A stretch of DNA of 64,000 bases. It comes from Thermodesulfobacteriota bacterium (GTDB lineage Bacteria > Desulfobacterota > Desulfobulbia > Desulfobulbales > SURF-16). The notes beneath the pieces were generated by a model. The model worked only from the letters and a program-made list of their open reading frames with translations. It did not search any database and was not told where the DNA came from. The stretch is from NCBI GenBank assembly GCA_040755455.1, contig JBFMAY010000002.1, positions 128,001 to 192,000 on the forward strand. Direction: 5' to 3'. Below, in pieces: positions 18,781-28,255 of the stretch (positions are counted from its first letter, which is position 1; each line of letters begins with the position of its first letter). The position numbers and the translations under genes were made by a program.

Positions 18781-19233
18781 CTATTCGTAATCCAAATATT
18801 GCTTTAATTTAACTCCGTTGTCGATAGCGACACGTGGATATTCTGTGTCATTAAGTGACATTGTTTTTTTTCTACTTTTTTTAATCTCAAACAACCAATT
18901 GTCACCAAAATCAAAAAGATAATAGAGCTTTAACCCATTAAGGGGATAAACATCCTTCATTAGAATATTCTCGTAAACATCTTCATCGTCTGGATACCCT
19001 GTCTCCTCTGAAAAGATAATTTTGCGGTTTCGATCATTTCGGCCAGCATAAAATTCAAATAGATGATCATTCTCAAAACCAATTGTGTTTTGGATGAAAA
19101 GATGGAAATCAAAGAGAGAACAGATATCTGGGACTTCAATTGTTGCTTCCCAAAAATTTTTATCTTCAACTGGATCCCAAATATTAGCAATATTTAATGT
19201 GTAAAGTTCAAATTTTGTTTTAATAATAGCCAT
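18781..19233 (-). CDS. pRiA4b ORF-3-like protein (gene cassette)
   Basis: LFDFHLFIQ...F..DHLFEF, YLFDFGDNW; AT-rich; followed by attC-like site. Confidence 0.8.
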   Translation of the reverse strand: MAIIKTKFELYTLNIANIWDPVEDKNFWEATIEVPDICSLFDFHLFIQNTIGFENDHLFEFYAGRNDRNRKIIFSEETGYPDDEDVYENILMKDVYPLNGLKLYYLFDFGDNWLFEIKKSRKKTMSLNDTEYPRVAIDNGVKLKQYLDYE

Positions 19234-19562
19234 TTGTGCCTATTTGCTTCCAAGTAATTCTACAGACCTGTATATCACCCGAGATTGGATGATATACAGA
19301 AAAACAACTAACAACTATATGGTCTTGCGATACTAATCACATCCAAAAAAAATTGCCAAAAAATAATTAAATCCTGCATTTTTTCCAACTCAACATCATC
19401 CCATCATGGGCAATATGCGGTTTACCCATGTCAGCGATGGTAAAAATGCTGCACAAAAAAAGCTCCGCTCACTTGCACGGCGGCACCCGGATCGCGGGTT
19501 GCCGCAACCCGCGATCATCCTCGGCGCGTGACTATCTGCTCATCTGTTCACCAAAAAGAAAA

Positions 19563-19588
19563 AGGGCACCCACAAGGGGTGCCCCTAC
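19563..19588 (-). repeat. GTAG-type REP element
   Basis: Minus strand GTAGGGGCACCCCTTGTGGGTGCCCT: GTAG foot plus palindrome. Confidence 0.7.
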
Positions 19589-19607
19589 CCGCCTTCATAC
19601 CCCCTTG

Positions 19608-20900
19608 CTATAATGCGGCTTGCCGCAGAATCCAGAACAATACGCCGCCGATGAGGGCGAAGCAGCAGCAGGGCGCCACCAGCCTGCGCCAGGCCCGGGC
19701 CAGGTCGGTCCCGAAAAATTCACAGGTGAGGACAAAACAGATGTGGATGGGGGAAATCATCACCCCGGTGAATCCGGCAAAGGAGGCCAGGACAAGATAG
19801 GGGATCATCAGCTCGCGCATGTTCAGGGCATCGAGCAGGCCGAGCAGCAGCGGAAAGGTCGCGCCGACAAAGGCCACATTGATGCCTGACACCATGCCCA
19901 CCAGAAACGGCAGAAAGACCGCGGCGGCAAAAAGGGCGATGCCGTCCCCGGCGGACAGGGCCATGGCGTCCACCACCCCGGCGGCCTGCATGACATCCTT
20001 GAAAATAAAGATGGCGGCAACGACAAAGAGCATGGCCCGCAGGCTTTTCTTGATAAGAACATCAAACAGAAAGGCCGCGCCAAGCCGGTTCTGGCCCATG
20101 ATGCAGACCACGGCCGCAAGCAGCGCGGCAATCACCCCCCACTCAAAGGGCACGGCCGGGGCCCAGGCGGAAATGCCGGCCTCAAGGCCCACGGCCCCGG
20201 CAATGGCCACCAGCAGAGGCGCCCCCTCCCGCAGGGCGGCGCCGATCCGGCGGGGCGCGGCCGAAGGGGCCACGACCAGATCGGCGCTGGCCAGCACGCC
20301 GGGCCGCAGATAAAAAAACCAGCCCAGGGCAAACATGGCGACGACGCCCGGCCAGGTGCGGGAAATAAAGGTAACAATGGGGATATCGGCCAGGGCCACG
20401 GTGAGGATGATGCCCGGATAAAGCGGCCAGGCCAGCTCCCACACATGACGGAACCAGTAATTGATCACGGCCCGGTCCGCGTTTTTAAGCGCCATCTCCG
20501 CGGACACGGCCTTGACCATGGGGGCGGAGAAAACCGCGCCGCCGGGCATGGGCAACAGCCCGATGAGCGCCGGGAAGAAGACCAGCCGCCAGCGGGGACT
20601 GGTCAGATAGCCGGACAGGGCGTCCATGAGCCGGCGCGACTGGCCGGAGCGCTCCAGGGCATCGGAGAGGATAAGGATCAGCCCGACAATGGCGGCCAGA
20701 AAGAGGAACTTCTCTTTAATCAAGGCAGCGGCGGCCACCCGGAGCAAGGGCACGGGGCCGACATAGAAGAGAAAACCCATGGCCGCCCCGCCCGCCAGGA
20801 TGGACAGGCCGAGGCCGATCTTGAGGCGGATGCCCAGCAGAATGAGGGCAAAGGCGCCGAGCACCTTTACAAAGGGAAGTGATGCGTTCAACCAGTCCAT
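19608..20900 (-). CDS. DUF401-family membrane transporter-like protein
   Basis: PALIGLLPMPGGAVFSAPMV, INYWFRHVWE, SPIHICF; start set at MDWLN. Confidence 0.85.
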   Translation of the reverse strand: MDWLNASLPFVKVLGAFALILLGIRLKIGLGLSILAGGAAMGFLFYVGPVPLLRVAAAALIKEKFLFLAAIVGLILILSDALERSGQSRRLMDALSGYLTSPRWRLVFFPALIGLLPMPGGAVFSAPMVKAVSAEMALKNADRAVINYWFRHVWELAWPLYPGIILTVALADIPIVTFISRTWPGVVAMFALGWFFYLRPGVLASADLVVAPSAAPRRIGAALREGAPLLVAIAGAVGLEAGISAWAPAVPFEWGVIAALLAAVVCIMGQNRLGAAFLFDVLIKKSLRAMLFVVAAIFIFKDVMQAAGVVDAMALSAGDGIALFAAAVFLPFLVGMVSGINVAFVGATFPLLLGLLDALNMRELMIPYLVLASFAGFTGVMISPIHICFVLTCEFFGTDLARAWRRLVAPCCCFALIGGVLFWILRQAAL

Positions 20901-21240
20901 TGCCAGAGGCACCGAAAAAAAATTGCCGCCCATACGATTTCCCATGACATCTCGCGTGCCGCCAAGTATGCACAACAGCCTGGTGCCTGATGAAATCAGC
21001 CTGCCGCAATTTACCCACGCCGGGGAAAAGATTACTACAAAAAAAATGCGGCTGATGGTAAAAAAGACGAAATAATCCGCCGGGAAACGGCTGGACTCTT
21101 TGCCGCGTGTAGCAGTAGAATAGCTGCACATAACTATTGGCCCGGCCACTGACCTGTTTTCGCATGAGGCGGCGCAGGCTGCGGTTTTCAAGCCCCCTGC
21201 CCGAATTATGCCTTATGCCTTTTAACCAAAGGAGACTGCC

Positions 21241-21516
21241 ATGGTGACTTCCATTATTCTGATGAATGTTGAGCGATCAAAAATAAATGAAACAGCGGAA
21301 AGGCTGGCGGAGACCGAGGGGATCTCCGAAGTGTATTCGGTGAGCGGCAATTATGATCTGGTGGCCATTATCCGGGTCCGCTCCAACGAGGACCTGTCCG
21401 ATCTGGTGACGAACCGCCTGCTGAAAATCAATGCCATCCTGAAGACGGAAACCATGCTCGCCTTCAAGGCCTTCTCCCGCCATGACCTGGACGCCATGTT
21501 CGCCATCGGCCTGTAA
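21241..21516 (+). CDS. Stand-alone Lrp/AsnC ligand-binding domain protein
   Basis: EVYSVSGNYDLVAII...TETM; AAGGAG RBS. Confidence 0.88.
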   Translation: MVTSIILMNVERSKINETAERLAETEGISEVYSVSGNYDLVAIIRVRSNEDLSDLVTNRLLKINAILKTETMLAFKAFSRHDLDAMFAIGL

Positions 21517-21554
21517 CGCACCCCGGACAGGCTTGAAAATTCTTTGGGCCCGTG

Positions 21555-22088
21555 CTATGCCGGCCGGCGGAAATCCGCCGCGTCCAGCCCGGCCAGGATC
21601 GCGGCGCAGACATCTTCGGGTGACCGGCGCCGGCAGTCAATGCGGATCTCGGCATACTTTTGATACAGAGCGGAGCGCTCCGCGAACAGGTCCGCCAGGC
21701 TCTGCTCCGGCCGCTTGACCAGCCCTCGGGTGTCGAAATCATCGATCCGGGTCCGCAGGGTCGGCAGATCAAGCTCAAGCAGCACGATCACGCCGCTTTG
21801 CTTGAGGTGGGTCATGGCCGCCTGGCTGTAAACCGCGCTGCCGCCGGTGGCGATGACGTGATTGACGCAGTGGAGATCCAGCAGGATTTGTTCCTCGATC
21901 CGGCGCAGGGCGAGATAGCCCTCGCGGTTGACGATATCCTGCAGGGAGCGGCCCTGGACCGCGGCGCGGATGAGGGCGTCGGTATCAATGAAGGACAGCG
22001 CCGCGCGCTCGGCCAGGAGACGGCCGACGGAAGACTTGCCCGCGCCGGGCATGCCGATCAGCACAATATTTGAGCGGGGTTCAGACAT
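21555..22088 (-). CDS. Shikimate kinase-family protein (possibly alternative homoserine kinase)
   Basis: GMPGAGKS, FIDTD, VIATGGS, ER..LY. Confidence 0.85.
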   Translation of the reverse strand: MSEPRSNIVLIGMPGAGKSSVGRLLAERAALSFIDTDALIRAAVQGRSLQDIVNREGYLALRRIEEQILLDLHCVNHVIATGGSAVYSQAAMTHLKQSGVIVLLELDLPTLRTRIDDFDTRGLVKRPEQSLADLFAERSALYQKYAEIRIDCRRRSPEDVCAAILAGLDAADFRRPA

Positions 22089-22119
22089 AAGATAGGGGTA
22101 AGGCAAACGGAGAATCTTG

Positions 22120-22383
22120 TCAACAGCGATCATCGCCCCGGTGCCAGATCAGCTGCCCGTCCTTGAAGACCTGCCGCACCCGGTGAAAGGGGATCGAACT
22201 TGCTTCTCCGTCAGGGCCATAGAGAAGAAAGGAAAAATGGTCGCCGGGAACCAACTCCACCAGCCGGAAAGGGACCCTGATGATGTCATCGGCAATCCGG
22301 TCGTAATAGCCGATCGCGAAACTCCCCCGGCCAAACTCTTTGTCCCAGATGATTCTGTTGAGCAGTTCCTGGATGGGTATCAT
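22120..22383 (-). CDS. DUF504-family protein
   Basis: MIPIQELLNRIIWD...GYYDR...IPFHRV...IWHR. Confidence 0.8.
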   Translation of the reverse strand: MIPIQELLNRIIWDKEFGRGSFAIGYYDRIADDIIRVPFRLVELVPGDHFSFLLYGPDGEASSIPFHRVRQVFKDGQLIWHRGDDRC

Positions 22384-22438
22384 CTGTTTAGGATTTCATG
22401 GCCGGACCATGCCCGCACAGGAGGTTTTCCCCCCGCCT

Positions 22439-22795
22439 TCACTTATTCTGCGCCTCTTTCGAAGCTTTCTCACAGATGATCCTGGCGCCGTCCGGAAAGG
22501 CGATAAGCAAGGATTCCCCGCGAAAATTGTAATAATAATTCACCGGCCCGTAGGGCCCCTGCACCCGGATCGCGCCGGTCACCACGGTGTACTGGGTCCT
22601 CTCGCCGTCTAAATCAAAATTTTCCTTGTCAATAACCAGCGTGGCCTTCTGCCCGGCTGCGCTCACGCACTGCCAGACCCCCATGACTCTTTGCACACCA
22701 TGCTGGTACTGCGCGGCAAAAACCTTTGGACCGGCAAAAAATATAACCTGTGTGCTGACAATACCGGACACAAGCGTTTTTATAATAAATTTCAT
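22439..22795 (-). CDS. Hypothetical secreted beta-rich protein
   Basis: AAGGA RBS, signal-peptide-like N-terminus, GVWQC motif. Confidence 0.55.
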   Translation of the reverse strand: MKFIIKTLVSGIVSTQVIFFAGPKVFAAQYQHGVQRVMGVWQCVSAAGQKATLVIDKENFDLDGERTQYTVVTGAIRVQGPYGPVNYYYNFRGESLLIAFPDGARIICEKASKEAQNK

Positions 22796-23080
22796 GACAT
22801 CCTTATAAGCCGATTTATGAGGTTCAAAGCAACTCCTGACTATCAGCCGCCAGGCTCCATTCTTGCGGTTCATGCTGCCCGTTGGCGGTCCGGTCGAAGT
22901 CTAGCATGAACCCACGCCGGATGGCAAGAGGGTTGTCATGGGAACGGCAAAGAAAATGCGTAGTAAAAATAAAAAAATAGCGCGAAATCGCAAATTGCGG
23001 TTTGCACAAAAACGCGATCCGCAAATTTGCACAAGTTGCCGTCCTTGGCCGGAAGGCGGCGGAAAACACATTGCCGCGCA

Positions 23081-24382
23081 TCACCCCACCCACAGGTGGC
23101 AGATAATCACCGAGGCGATGATGCCCGCCGCATCGGCACAGAGGGCGGCGGGCAGGGCGTGGCGGGTTCTTCTGATACCCACGCTGCCGAAATAAACGGC
23201 CAGCACGTAAAAGGTGGTTTCCGTGGAGCCCTGGATGGTGCCGACCAACAGGGAAAGGAAACTGTCCGGGTCCTTGGTGACGATCTCACTCATGATGCCA
23301 AACGAGCCGCTGCCGGACAGGGGTCGCATGAGGGCAACAGTGAGGGCCTCGGCCGGCATGCCCACCGCCTCGGTGAGGGGTGACAGCACCCTGATCATGA
23401 TATCCATGGCCCCGCTGGCCCGGAACATGCCGATGGCGACAAAAATCGCCACCATGAAAGGAATGATGCGCACGGCGGTGGAAAATCCCTCCTTGGCGCC
23501 GTCAGTCAGGGTTTCGTAAATTTTCACCCCCCGCCAGTAGCCGAAAATGAGCAAGACGGAGATGAGCACGGGAATCAGCCAGCTTGAGATGGCGTTCAGG
23601 TTGTCGGCCGAGCCGAGAGAGACCGGCGGGGCCGTCCACCATTGATAGAGCACCCCGCCGGCAAAGGCGGCGATAAGCAGCCAGATGAAGATCCGGCCGC
23701 CTCTGCCCGGGGGCATGAGGTCGGCATGCTCCTCGCCGTTTCGCTCTTCTTCGCCGTCGGCTTTTTCATAGGGCGCGGCCTGCACCAGCTCATGCCTGCC
23801 GGCCAGCATCTTGGCCATGACGATGGCCACAAAGGTGGAACAGAGGGTGGCGACCAGGGTCGGGACCAGCACGGCGGCCGGACTGGCGGCATTGGCCGCG
23901 GCCCGCACCGTGATCACCCCCAGGGGGAGCAGGGTGACGCTTGAGGTGTTGATGGCCAGGAAAAGACACATGGCATTGGTGGCCGTGCCCTTTTCCGGCG
24001 AGAGCTTGTCAAGTTCCTGCATGGCCTTGATGCCCATGGGCGTGGCCGCATTGCCCAGGCCGAGGGCATTGGCCGCCATGTTCATGATCATGGCGCTCAT
24101 GGCCGGATGATCAGGGGGCACATCCGGAAAAAGACGCACCATGACGGGCCGCACCCAGCCGGCGACGATTTTCATCAGGCCGCCGGCCTCGGCGACCTTC
24201 ATGATGCCGAGCCACAGGGCCATGGGCCCCATGAGGCCGATGGCCAGGGTGACCGCCCCTTTTGCCGATTCAAAAGAGGCCTTGGTGACTTCATCCATCC
24301 TGCCGGTATAGGCGGCGGTCACGGTGGCGATGAGCACCATGGAAAGCCATATGATGTTGATGGCTGAGGGTTTCTGCTTCAT
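23081..24382 (-). CDS. SpmA-SpmB fusion / nucleoside recognition (Gate) domain membrane protein
   Basis: ANALGLGNAATPMGIKAM, RPLSGSGS, GSTETTFYVLAVYFGSVG. Confidence 0.9.
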   Translation of the reverse strand: MKQKPSAINIIWLSMVLIATVTAAYTGRMDEVTKASFESAKGAVTLAIGLMGPMALWLGIMKVAEAGGLMKIVAGWVRPVMVRLFPDVPPDHPAMSAMIMNMAANALGLGNAATPMGIKAMQELDKLSPEKGTATNAMCLFLAINTSSVTLLPLGVITVRAAANAASPAAVLVPTLVATLCSTFVAIVMAKMLAGRHELVQAAPYEKADGEEERNGEEHADLMPPGRGGRIFIWLLIAAFAGGVLYQWWTAPPVSLGSADNLNAISSWLIPVLISVLLIFGYWRGVKIYETLTDGAKEGFSTAVRIIPFMVAIFVAIGMFRASGAMDIMIRVLSPLTEAVGMPAEALTVALMRPLSGSGSFGIMSEIVTKDPDSFLSLLVGTIQGSTETTFYVLAVYFGSVGIRRTRHALPAALCADAAGIIASVIICHLWVG

Positions 24383-24566
24383 GCAGGCGCTCCGGTTTGT
24401 TTTTGCCGGGATTTCCCGGCTGCCGCGCACCAGCCGGGCGCAACACCGACGGCGCGGCGGCGGCAGCCGTTTGATTCGTGTGCCATACCATACGCAAAAT
24501 ATCGCCTGACGGCAAACTATTCATGTGGATTTTCAAGAGGAGCGGTACCGTGGGGGGGGAGAGCAA

Positions 24567-24959
24567 TCAGGTGACGGTGTCCAGCAGCAGCCCGCTCTGG
24601 GCGGTGGGGCCGGCGGCGAGCAATTCGTCCACCTTGCCCGTCACGTCAACGGAGCGGCCGGTCTGGCTGTCAACCAGACGGACGGCAGACAGATCGCCCT
24701 CGGAGGAGAGCTCAAATTGGGTTTCAGGCCGGCCCAACTGGTCAAGTTTGTTGTTGAGTTCGCGGATCTTGGACTCCAGCTCCCGCCGGGTCCTGGTTGT
24801 TTCAATGGTCTTCTGGATGGTGGTTTTTTTGAAAATCTCCGTCTGGGCGCCCTGTTCCTGGGTCACCTGCCTGGAAACCAGAACCTGACTGCTGCGCTCA
24901 TACTCCCTGGTTCTGCTGAGCTGGCCTGAACTGGATAAGGTAGCATCTATCGCTTTCAT
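24567..24959 (-). CDS. FlaG-like protein
   Basis: IRELN...QFELS...VRLVDSQTG...GLLLD resembles the FlaG pattern. Confidence 0.55.
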   Translation of the reverse strand: MKAIDATLSSSGQLSRTREYERSSQVLVSRQVTQEQGAQTEIFKKTTIQKTIETTRTRRELESKIRELNNKLDQLGRPETQFELSSEGDLSAVRLVDSQTGRSVDVTGKVDELLAAGPTAQSGLLLDTVT

Positions 24960-25108
24960 ACAGGAGCCTTCACCGATTTTAAATGAGCTTAAGCTTGACC
25001 ACGCTTGCGCTTTTATCTTATAAAGCCGGGGACAGCCATGTCAACCGATGTTCATTTTTAGATTTTAGCCATGAAACCCTGCAAGGTCAATACACCGCCT
25101 GGAAAATT

Positions 25109-25666
25109 ATGGAACCCGTCACCCTCATTTTCATAGCCCTGGCCCTGGCCATGGACGCCTTTGCCGTGGCCCTGGCCGCCGGCGTGGCCCTTCACCCGGT
25201 GAGCAAGAGGCAGCTCTTCCGCCTCGGCTTCCACTTCGGCCTTTTCCAGGGCCTCATGCCGATCATCGGCTGGCTGGCCGGTCTCAGCGTGCAGAGCATG
25301 ATCAGCGCCTATGACCACTGGCTGGCCTTCGGCCTGCTCTTTTTTGTCGGCGGCAAAATGATCTATGAGGCCTTTGCCGATGACGAGGAAAAAGAGAAAA
25401 CCGATCCCACCCGGGGCGCCACCATGGTCATGCTCTCCATTGCCACCAGCATCGACGCCCTGGCGGTGGGGCTGTCGCTCGCCGTCATCGGCGTCAATAT
25501 CTGGACCCCGGCCCTGGTCATCGCCGTGACCGCCTCGACCCTGACCGTGGCCGGCATGCTGCTGGGCGGCAAAATCGGCATGATCTGGGGCAAACGGGTG
25601 GAGGTGCTGGGCGGCCTGCTGCTCATCGGCATCGGCCTGAAAATCCTCGGGGAGCACCTGCTGTAG
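25109..25666 (+). CDS. mntP: Manganese efflux pump
   Basis: LAMDAFAV, FGLFQGLMP, DHW, ATSIDALAVG. Confidence 0.92.
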   Translation: MEPVTLIFIALALAMDAFAVALAAGVALHPVSKRQLFRLGFHFGLFQGLMPIIGWLAGLSVQSMISAYDHWLAFGLLFFVGGKMIYEAFADDEEKEKTDPTRGATMVMLSIATSIDALAVGLSLAVIGVNIWTPALVIAVTASTLTVAGMLLGGKIGMIWGKRVEVLGGLLLIGIGLKILGEHLL

Positions 25667-25851
25667 CCTCACCTTGCCGCAGCGGCCCCGGCAACCTGTC
25701 GTCATTTGCCAACACCTTGCCGCAAAAGGGCTGGCAGGAAAAAATAGTATTGCGGTTTCCATGCAAATGATCTTGCACCGGCCCCGCCGACATATTATAA
25801 ACCATGTGAAAGCGTCCCCCCTTCAAGAATCCCAATCAAAAGGAGTAGAGT

Positions 25852-26259
25852 ATGCAGCGACGGTTCATGAAATCCATCAGTTTTTTTCTTATCTTTTCCT
25901 TCCTGTTGCTTGATTTTACCGTGCAGAAGGCCAAGGCGGAGATGATCGACACCGCTACCATCGTCACCATGGCCAAGCAGGAAAACAACCGGGCCCGGGT
26001 CATGGCCTTTCTGGACCGGCAGGACGTGCAGCTGGCCATGGAGCAGCAGGGTGTTGTCGCGGATGAGGCCAGGCAGCGGGTTGCCGCCCTGTCCGATAGC
26101 GAGATAATGCAGATTGCCAGGGCAATGGACCAGTTGCCCGCCGGCGGTGACGGTATAGGCGTGGTAATCGGCGCCGCGGTGCTGATCTTTGTCATCCTGC
26201 TCATTACCGACATTGCCGGCCTGACCCACGTCTTTTCCTTCGTCAATCACCGCAGATAA
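25852..26259 (+). CDS. PA2779-family exported membrane-anchored protein
   Basis: Signal peptide, RVAALSDSEI, QLPAGGD, VILLITDI.G. Confidence 0.85.
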   Translation: MQRRFMKSISFFLIFSFLLLDFTVQKAKAEMIDTATIVTMAKQENNRARVMAFLDRQDVQLAMEQQGVVADEARQRVAALSDSEIMQIARAMDQLPAGGDGIGVVIGAAVLIFVILLITDIAGLTHVFSFVNHRR

Positions 26260-26264
26260 CCGCC

Positions 26265-27257
26265 ATGGCCGCCATTCTCCACGCCGGCGGCAGAACGGCT
26301 GCCGGCCTGCTGCTTGTCATGTGTCTGCTGGCCCTCTCCGGCTGCGGAGCACTGTCCCAAAAGCCCGGCCCATGGACCGATGCCGCGCCAGAGCGGGTGG
26401 CGATCGCCGATGTGCCGTTCTTTGCCCAGGAGCAGTATCAGTGCGGCCCGGCGGCCATGGCCATGGCCCTGGGCTGGAGCGGGGTGAAGCTCACCCCTGA
26501 CGAGCTTGCCCCGGAGGTGTACACCCCGGGCCTGGAGGGCAGCCTGCAGTCCGCCCTGGTCGGCGCGGCCCGGCGCCATGGGCGGATCGCCTACCCCATC
26601 TCCGGCACGGAGGTCCTGCTGACCGAGCTTGCCGCCCAGCACCCGGTCATCGTGCTGGTCAATCAGAGTTTCGCCTGGTACCCCAAGTGGCATTACGCCG
26701 TGGCCATCGGCTACGACCGGCCGGCCGGGGAAATCATCCTCCATTCCGGCGCCACGGAGGGTGAACGGCTTTCCCTGCGGGTTTTCAACAATATCTGGCA
26801 GCGCGGCGACTATTGGGGGCTGCTGGTCCTGCCGCCCGGCAAGCTGCCGGCCACTGTCGGCGAGGATGCCTGGCTTGAGGCGGTGCTCGGCCTTGAACGG
26901 GCGGGCCGGACCGAGGCCGCGATCATTGCCTTTGAGGCCGCGGTGCAAAAATGGCCGGCGAATTTCTCCGCCTGGATGGGACTCGGCAACAACCGCTACA
27001 AGGCCGATGACATGGCCGCAGCCGCCAAGGCCTTTGAGCAGGCGGTGCGGCTCGATCCCAAGTCCGGGCCGGCCCTGAACAATCTGGCCTATGTCCTGTG
27101 GACCCTGGGACGGCGCAATGAGGCGCTGAAGTTCGCGCGACAGGCGGTCGCCCTCGGCGGCCCGCTCCAGGAAAAATTCCAGAAGACCTTGAGCGAAATC
27201 GAAAACAACCCCAGCCCATACTCCCAGGAAAAACCCAGGAAAGGCCTGGTCAAATAA
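26265..27257 (+). CDS. PA2778-family C39-like cysteine peptidase with TPR, lipoprotein
   Basis: Lipobox LSGC, VPFFAQ..QCGPAA, WHYAV.IGYD, TPR (ALNNLA). Confidence 0.88.
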   Translation: MAAILHAGGRTAAGLLLVMCLLALSGCGALSQKPGPWTDAAPERVAIADVPFFAQEQYQCGPAAMAMALGWSGVKLTPDELAPEVYTPGLEGSLQSALVGAARRHGRIAYPISGTEVLLTELAAQHPVIVLVNQSFAWYPKWHYAVAIGYDRPAGEIILHSGATEGERLSLRVFNNIWQRGDYWGLLVLPPGKLPATVGEDAWLEAVLGLERAGRTEAAIIAFEAAVQKWPANFSAWMGLGNNRYKADDMAAAAKAFEQAVRLDPKSGPALNNLAYVLWTLGRRNEALKFARQAVALGGPLQEKFQKTLSEIENNPSPYSQEKPRKGLVK

Positions 27258-27534
27258 GAAGGAGCTGCGCCGCACCGATCAGCTCCTTCTTTCTGGCCAG
27301 CGGCATCCTCTTTAACTGATATTCCCGTTTTGCCGCCGCCGAGCGCGATGGGGCCGGTTCCGCATAGACCAGTTGCACCGGCCGGCGGGAGCGGGTATAT
27401 CTGGCCCCGCCTTTAAGAGAATTATGTTCCCGGATGCGTCTGGCCAGGTTTCTGGCAATGCCGGTGTAATAGGTGCCGTCCCGGCAACAGACGATGTAGA
27501 CATGCCAGCTGTTTTCTTCTTTTTTCATCATCAT
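27250..27534 (-). CDS. GIY-YIG nuclease family protein (UPF0213)
   Basis: VYIV...YYTGIA...RRIREHN..GGARYTR.RRPV; exact start uncertain. Confidence 0.88.
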   Translation of the reverse strand: MMMKKEENSWHVYIVCCRDGTYYTGIARNLARRIREHNSLKGGARYTRSRRPVQLVYAEPAPSRSAAAKREYQLKRMPLARKKELIGAAQLLLI

Positions 27535-27632
27535 CACAACGGCCATGGCCCGGCCATGCTAATATTTCCGGCGCGGTGAACTCTTGGCACCGGCCAGACC
27601 CGCTCCCGGCCCATCGCAGGCGGGATGGCAGA

Positions 27633-28091
27633 TCACTCGGCGAGGCGGGATCTGGCCTGCAATTTTGCCTCGATCAGCTGCTTATGGGTCAAGCGCAGCA
27701 GATTTGCCAGCTTATGGGCAAAATGATCCTCATGGGCCTCAAGCCGGCCGTCCGCGAAAATGATACGCCACACCGCCTCCATCACCGTCATCTTCTCCGC
27801 CTGGCTATAATGCTGATTCATCTGGTTGGTGAATTGCCAGAGGTCAATGGCCTTGTCCCGTTCCGCGCCGGCAAGGGCGACCAGCTCCTCCACATATTGC
27901 GGGGCAAGATTGAATTCAGAGCGGAGGGTATTGATCACATGGGCCATTTCCTCCCCGGTGCACTCATCGTCAACATGGGCGGCTTCAAGCAGCAGGACAG
28001 CCGCGGCAAAATGGATATTGTCTTCCACCCCTTTGCCCCGCCCCTGCCCGGCTGCTCCGCCGCCGATAATTTTTTTTATAAGCGCAAACAT
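27633..28091 (-). CDS. TerB-family protein
   Basis: AAAVLLLEAAHVD, DLWQFT, ADGRLEAHE. Confidence 0.85.
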   Translation of the reverse strand: MFALIKKIIGGGAAGQGRGKGVEDNIHFAAAVLLLEAAHVDDECTGEEMAHVINTLRSEFNLAPQYVEELVALAGAERDKAIDLWQFTNQMNQHYSQAEKMTVMEAVWRIIFADGRLEAHEDHFAHKLANLLRLTHKQLIEAKLQARSRLAE

Positions 28092-28255
28092 GCTTCTCCT
28101 TTATGGTGCCAGCTGTCCGTCCTGGCCACTGCAAGTCCCGGCCGGGGATCCGGCCCGCAGGGATATTTTTTGCCCATCATGCGTGAAATATTGACAGCAA
28201 ACAATAATTTTGCTTGCCTGTAATTATCAATCAACCCATTTGAGGCTCTCAACCT

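Noticed and set aside
19268..19299. LexA/SOS box
   Set aside because: CTGT...ACAG spacing is far longer than the canonical 8 nt.
23081..24382. Sporulation function for the SpmAB fusion
   Set aside because: Family is widespread in non-sporulating bacteria and no other sporulation genes are present.
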